Below are positions 60,551 through 64,000 of a stretch of 64,000 nucleotides of DNA, piece by piece (the first letter of the stretch is position 1; every line of letters starts with the position of its first letter). The notes beneath the pieces were generated by a model. The model searched no databases and was not told the DNA's origin. It worked only from the letters and a program-made list of their open reading frames with translations. Made by a program: the position numbers and the translations under genes. This stretch comes from Candidatus Bathyarchaeia archaeon (GTDB lineage Archaea > Thermoproteota > Bathyarchaeia > 40CM-2-53-6), in contig JBEKSC010000005.1 in assembly GCA_049517415.1 (NCBI GenBank), positions 1 through 64,000 on the forward strand. The letters are read 5' to 3'.

Positions 60551-60697
60551 CTACTCACCCTCATGGAGTGGCAGACCGCATTTAGGACAAATCGCAATAT
60601 ACACAGGCCCTTGTCTCCCATCAGGTAGCCTGACATATTCCCCGAACCACGCCGGATAATCGAATTCCTTTTGGCATCCAAATACACAAAGCACCAT
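60551..60697 (-). CDS. CPxCG Zn-finger microprotein (48 aa; not in ORF track)
   Basis: MVLCVFGCQKEFDYPAWFGEYVRLPDGRQGPVYIAICPKCGLPLHEGE; GGTGA six nt upstream of ATG. Confidence 0.7.
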   Translation of the reverse strand: MVLCVFGCQKEFDYPAWFGEYVRLPDGRQGPVYIAICPKCGLPLHEGE

Positions 60698-61055
60698 CTT
60701 CTATCACCACAAAGAGAACCCCAACGGGATTGGGTATAAGTCTTGTCACCTAACTATCGACCTAAATTAGCCTTATTTTGCTATAGAGATACGTGAAAGC
60801 TATTTTGTTTGCCAAAAGAAGGTAAGTTTGGCCTATATATGACTAAAGGAACAAGAAAAGCATACGAGAAAAAAATGAGTTACTACTACTGTATATGTAT
60901 TCGTATATAATATAATATAGGTATTGTACTTGGATGGTAGCAAGTAGCTAATGGAATATGGCGAGCAAGATGTTGCGAGCATATCAGTATATCAGATTGC
61001 AGTGATATATGATATTATATATTATTGTTTCTTAATTGATTAGATGTATTCCGCC

Positions 61056-61114
61056 GCCCCCCCTTCGGGGCCTCCAAAAATGGGGGGGCAGTATAATGAG
61101 GATTTGGGGGGGCA
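61056..61114. repeat. GC7 / G7C inverted repeat plus a TGGGGGGGCA direct repeat
   Basis: C7 at 61057-61063; TGGGGGGGCA at 61081-61090 and 61105-61114, inside AT-rich non-coding DNA. Confidence 0.8.
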
Positions 61115-61380
61115 TAACCGAATAACCAATTTAGAAAGGCATAAAGCTATAATTTTCTATACTATTCTGTCTAAAACTATTAAAGTGCACTACATGGTAT
61201 AGCGACAGCCTCCATATATAGAGAGTAGAAGGATATAATCATAATTAGGCCAAAATTCGACGATATTAATAAATGCGGCAATCTGCACGCAAATAAGAAT
61301 CATATAATGATAATCTGAGACATATAGAGTAAATAGAGACTAATATGAGATGATTACATATATTAGTAGGGGGCCATAAG

Positions 61381-61728
61381 TTGGAACAATACATATTCAA
61401 GCAACTGAATGATAAATTAGATATCATAGACCTATTGCTCTACGATAATTGGAGTATAGGAAGATTTTATGCTTGCCCCAAATGCGGGGCCAGAGGCAGA
61501 CTAGGCATGGGAAAAACCCCTCGCTATGGTGTGTACTGTGTATACATGCTTCATCATAACTCAGAGGAATGTCACTTAGGAAGATTTGACTTGAGAGCAT
61601 TGGGCCCTGAGAAGTTAAGGGACAATGCGAGGAAAATAACCACTATCATAAAGACTAGAAGAGCAGAGCGACTAAATAAGAAAAATAATATCGAGAGATT
61701 GATAAATGGAAATAAAGATGAAACTTAG
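61381..61728 (+). CDS. CPKCG-type Zn-finger protein of the kind seen in archaeal viruses and plasmids
   Basis: CPKCG..G.L...Y.Y..H....C.LG pattern and basic C-terminus. Confidence 0.7.
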   Translation: MEQYIFKQLNDKLDIIDLLLYDNWSIGRFYACPKCGARGRLGMGKTPRYGVYCVYMLHHNSEECHLGRFDLRALGPEKLRDNARKITTIIKTRRAERLNKKNNIERLINGNKDET

Positions 61729-61798
61729 ATATAGAGCACATAAAAGAGGTATATTATATCATATATTACATAGAGGCAAGCATAAACATGAAAGATAA
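61718..61798 (+). CDS. 26-aa basic His-rich micro-ORF
   Basis: MKLRYRAHKRGILYHILHRGKHKHER; overlaps both neighbours by 11 nt. Confidence 0.4.
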   Translation: MKLRYRAHKRGILYHILHRGKHKHER

Positions 61799-61934
61799 GC
61801 CATTAATAACAAAGGCTGAAAGAGAACTTCTAGCTAAACTTAAGGATAAAATGTATAGCCCTAAAGATAAGAAAAAGTTGGAAAAGTTAGAGGATATATA
61901 TGAAGAAAGCAGTACGGAAGAAGAAGCCCGATAA
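61788..61934 (+). CDS. 48-aa charged helical microprotein
   Basis: MKDKPLITKAERELLAKLKDKMYSPKDKKKLEKLEDIYEESSTEEEAR. Confidence 0.6.
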   Translation: MKDKPLITKAERELLAKLKDKMYSPKDKKKLEKLEDIYEESSTEEEAR

Positions 61935-62019
61935 AGCAAAAATGAGTAATTCAACTATTGACCACTTCTATAATAGCGTAATATATACCGATGATAATGA
62001 GTATAGTAATAAAGATTAA
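61900..62019 (+). CDS. 39-aa micro-ORF
   Basis: MKKAVRKKKPDKAKMSNSTIDHFYNSVIYTDDNEYSNKD; GAGGATATAT before ATG. Confidence 0.45.
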   Translation: MKKAVRKKKPDKAKMSNSTIDHFYNSVIYTDDNEYSNKD

Positions 62020-62032
62020 GAGATAATATAAT

Positions 62033-62278
62033 ATGAATCCTTTAAACTACTCCCAAACGGCAACACTAGCTAATTCGCAAGCAAGAGCATCTGTTGCCAG
62101 TGCCACATCTAGCGCCGCAAATAGCCCCAATGCTTCGGTCAATCAAGGGACGAGCAAAACTACAGCCGCATTGTCCGGTGCAAGTGTTACCAATAAGAAT
62201 CCGAGCACAGGTACAACCTCAAGCAAATCGCTCAGTGCCGCTAGTGGCTTCACACAAGGCGGTTTCTACGGAGAATAA
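62033..62278 (+). CDS. Ser/Ala/Thr/Asn-rich low-complexity hypothetical protein
   Basis: 81-aa ORF preceded by AAGAGATAATATAAT. Confidence 0.65.
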   Translation: MNPLNYSQTATLANSQARASVASATSSAANSPNASVNQGTSKTTAALSGASVTNKNPSTGTTSSKSLSAASGFTQGGFYGE

Positions 62279-62313
62279 AACGAATACAATTAGCATATAA
62301 GGAGTGATATATA

Positions 62314-62463
62314 ATGACAACATATTATACTGATACAACATATACAAGCGCAAGAGAAATGCAAGCGGCCATAAATGCTATGGATACATCAGTAACAACC
62401 ATAGTATTTATTTTCAAAGGCGGATTGGCGGATTTTCACCTAATAACAATGCCAGCAGCATAA
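62314..62463 (+). CDS. 49-aa microprotein
   Basis: MTTYYTDTTYTSAREMQAAINAMDTSVTTIVFIFKGGLADFHLITMPAA; AAGGAGTGA RBS. Confidence 0.65.
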   Translation: MTTYYTDTTYTSAREMQAAINAMDTSVTTIVFIFKGGLADFHLITMPAA

Positions 62464-62497
62464 CCTATGATATATTAATAATATAAGGAGATGATAT

Positions 62498-62599
62498 ATG
62501 ATGGCACATCCAGATACAGCAACCGTTGACCGTGTTGTTCCTGAAAGACGTAGACGAAGGCAATATGCACCTGTCAACAGTTATAATCTAACGAGTTAA
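62498..62599 (+). CDS. 33-aa microprotein with an Arg5 run
   Basis: MMAHPDTATVDRVVPERRRRRQYAPVNSYNLTS; AAGGAGATGA RBS. Confidence 0.55.
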   Translation: MMAHPDTATVDRVVPERRRRRQYAPVNSYNLTS

Positions 62600-62651
62600 T
62601 TATTATAGTTTTATACTATAAATATATAATATAAAAGGAGATGAATATCAT

Positions 62652-63338
62652 ATGAATGATATAAAAGAACAAATGCAAAAAGATAAGAAAGACAGACTAT
62701 TAAGACAGACTAAGAGTGAATACCACCTCGACCAAGGTTTAGACCAAACTAAATTTGCTGGTCAGCCAAATGGTTATATTAGCGAATCTACCAACAACCC
62801 CAATCCCGTATTAGTAAGCCATAGCATTATCGAAGCTAAAGAGGATAGAGTTAAAGACATGTTGGCAAAAGAGGCTATGAATAAGAAAATAGCAATACAA
62901 GAAGCATATAATGACTATAGTACACCTAATACCATTATGGACACGGGACAGCATGTAGATTTGGCTTATGGACGGTCTAAAGCTCCAAATGATAGGGGAT
63001 TTAAACATATTTCAGACAGTACACGTAGATATGCACAACCTAAACTTATAAAGAACATACTACAAGGCCATGCATCTATATACTATTGCACAAGCCATGA
63101 TGAGATATTAGGATATAACAATAGGTCAGTATTTGATAATAGACTACATACAAAAGAAACGCATTGTGAAGTAATGAAACTATCTGATGCACAAATACTA
63201 TCAGAGTTCCCAGAAATTCGAACCCTCTTGGCAAACATTAACAGCCTGAGTACGAATTTGAGTGTAGCGCAGCCAAGCTCCAATTCCGACATATCGGAGT
63301 CAGGATGCTATAATCCCCTTAAGCGGAAAAGAGCATAA
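62652..63338 (+). CDS. Hypothetical protein (228 aa)
   Basis: Long ORF with AAGGAGATGA RBS; no recognisable motif. Confidence 0.75.
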   Translation: MNDIKEQMQKDKKDRLLRQTKSEYHLDQGLDQTKFAGQPNGYISESTNNPNPVLVSHSIIEAKEDRVKDMLAKEAMNKKIAIQEAYNDYSTPNTIMDTGQHVDLAYGRSKAPNDRGFKHISDSTRRYAQPKLIKNILQGHASIYYCTSHDEILGYNNRSVFDNRLHTKETHCEVMKLSDAQILSEFPEIRTLLANINSLSTNLSVAQPSSNSDISESGCYNPLKRKRA

Positions 63339-63365
63339 ATTCCCTATATTTTTTAATATATAGGT

Positions 63366-63395
63366 AAAATAACGCAAAATAATGCGAAATAAGGT
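63366..63395 (+). repeat. Three imperfect 10-bp tandem repeats
   Basis: AAAATAACGC / AAAATAATGC / GAAATAAGGT, directly before TATATAAAA. Confidence 0.6.
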
Positions 63396-63417
63396 GAGTA
63401 TATAAAATAAAAGTTGC

Positions 63418-63459
63418 GGTATGGAGCCTTATGCATCCCACGGCATAAGACTCTGTACC
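63418..63459 (+). other. 16-bp stem-loop upstream of the nuclease gene
   Basis: GGTATGGAG/CTCTGTACC (two G-U pairs), C.A mismatch, CTTATGC/GCATAAG, 8-nt loop. Confidence 0.7.
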
Positions 63460-63488
63460 AATACATTAATCCATATAGGTGTGTCTAT

Positions 63489-64000
63489 ATGAACAGTAGT
63501 ATATATAGTAAGAACGGATATATAAATATATCGGACAGACATAATAGACGTTCCAAAGGAGCATACTTTGAACGTATAGTATATGACTTTTTATATGATT
63601 TAGATAATAAAGAATTAATACATAATCAATTTAATGATAAGATAGCTGATATTATATATAAAGATAATTATATTGAATGTAAGAATTGGGAGAATACGAC
63701 TAACTTAACTGGCTTGCTCATAGCTACTCAGATAACGCCCAAATTTAATGACAGCAAAAACAAGCACCGGATAGCCCTATTCAAGAATAAGATGAACCTA
63801 ACCCGTAAGGCTAAAGACTTGCTCGCCAAGCACAACATAGCGTACATGGCTTGGGACACATTCAAAGCATGGATTAGAGCTAAGATTAAACCAAAAACAG
63901 CCAGTTTAAGGCAGGTCATTTACCGTAGCTATAATGATAGATACAGTAGATGTAATAGCAATGATGGACAGCCTGCGTATGGTATGGCTAACTGTGATAG
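63489..64000 (+). CDS. PD-(D/E)xK nuclease (Hjc/restriction-endonuclease-like), truncated by the window end; not in ORF track
   Basis: MNSSIY...RRSKGAYFERIVYDFL...IADIIYKDNYIECKNW; no stop before 64000; AGGTG upstream. Confidence 0.8.
   Translation, partial: MNSSIYSKNGYINISDRHNRRSKGAYFERIVYDFLYDLDNKELIHNQFNDKIADIIYKDNYIECKNWENTTNLTGLLIATQITPKFNDSKNKHRIALFKNKMNLTRKAKDLLAKHNIAYMAWDTFKAWIRAKIKPKTASLRQVIYRSYNDRYSRCNSNDGQPAYGMANCD

Larger units (their letters stand above)
60700..64000. mobile_element. AT-rich virus/plasmid-like region, left part only; may begin as early as about 60330
   Basis: Abrupt composition shift (60901-60960 is 18/60 G+C by my count, versus roughly half in host genes), short co-oriented ORFans, different RBS style, PD-(D/E)xK nuclease; no integrase or att site seen in the window. 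Confidence 0.7.

Noticed and set aside
60502..60687. Track ORF of 61 aa on the minus strand
   Set aside because: Overlaps two better frames that have RBSs and Zn-ligand motifs
60951..60972. Second Ada-box-like sequence (AAT...GCAAGAT) in the AT-rich element
   Set aside because: Spacer is 7 nt rather than 6 and no repair gene follows; likely chance
63728..63919. Track ORF of 63 aa on the minus strand
   Set aside because: Antisense shadow of the PD-(D/E)xK nuclease gene

Overview
Archaeal chromosomal segment, most consistent with a TACK-superphylum organism such as Bathyarchaeia. This is inferred from the archaeal histone, eS17, SmAP3, archaeosine TGT, BHB-type tRNA introns and very frequent TTG starts. 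Positions 1-60.3 kb are densely coding housekeeping and metabolic DNA: a fused EtfB-EtfA (FixAB) with FixC and FixX, an ECF transporter, Lhr helicase, ThyX, 2-oxoacid/acetoin dehydrogenase E1a/E1b/E2, an acyl-CoA ligase-GNAT fusion, TldD/PmbA and several peptidases. Three intron-containing tRNAs are present: Leu-TAG with three introns, Ser-GCT with two and Val-CAC with one. A complete bacterial-type Ada protein is preceded by an exact E. coli-style Ada box placed just upstream of a weak TATA-like element. tatD is frameshifted, and two genes appear to need CTG starts. From about 60.3-60.7 kb to the window end the DNA becomes strongly AT-rich and virus/plasmid-like. It carries many overlapping ORFs under 60 aa that the ORF track misses, Zn-finger microproteins, a C7/G7 repeat cluster, 10-bp phased repeats, a 16-bp hairpin and an unannotated PD-(D/E)xK nuclease gene that runs off the window. 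All calls come from reading motifs by eye; no database searches were run.
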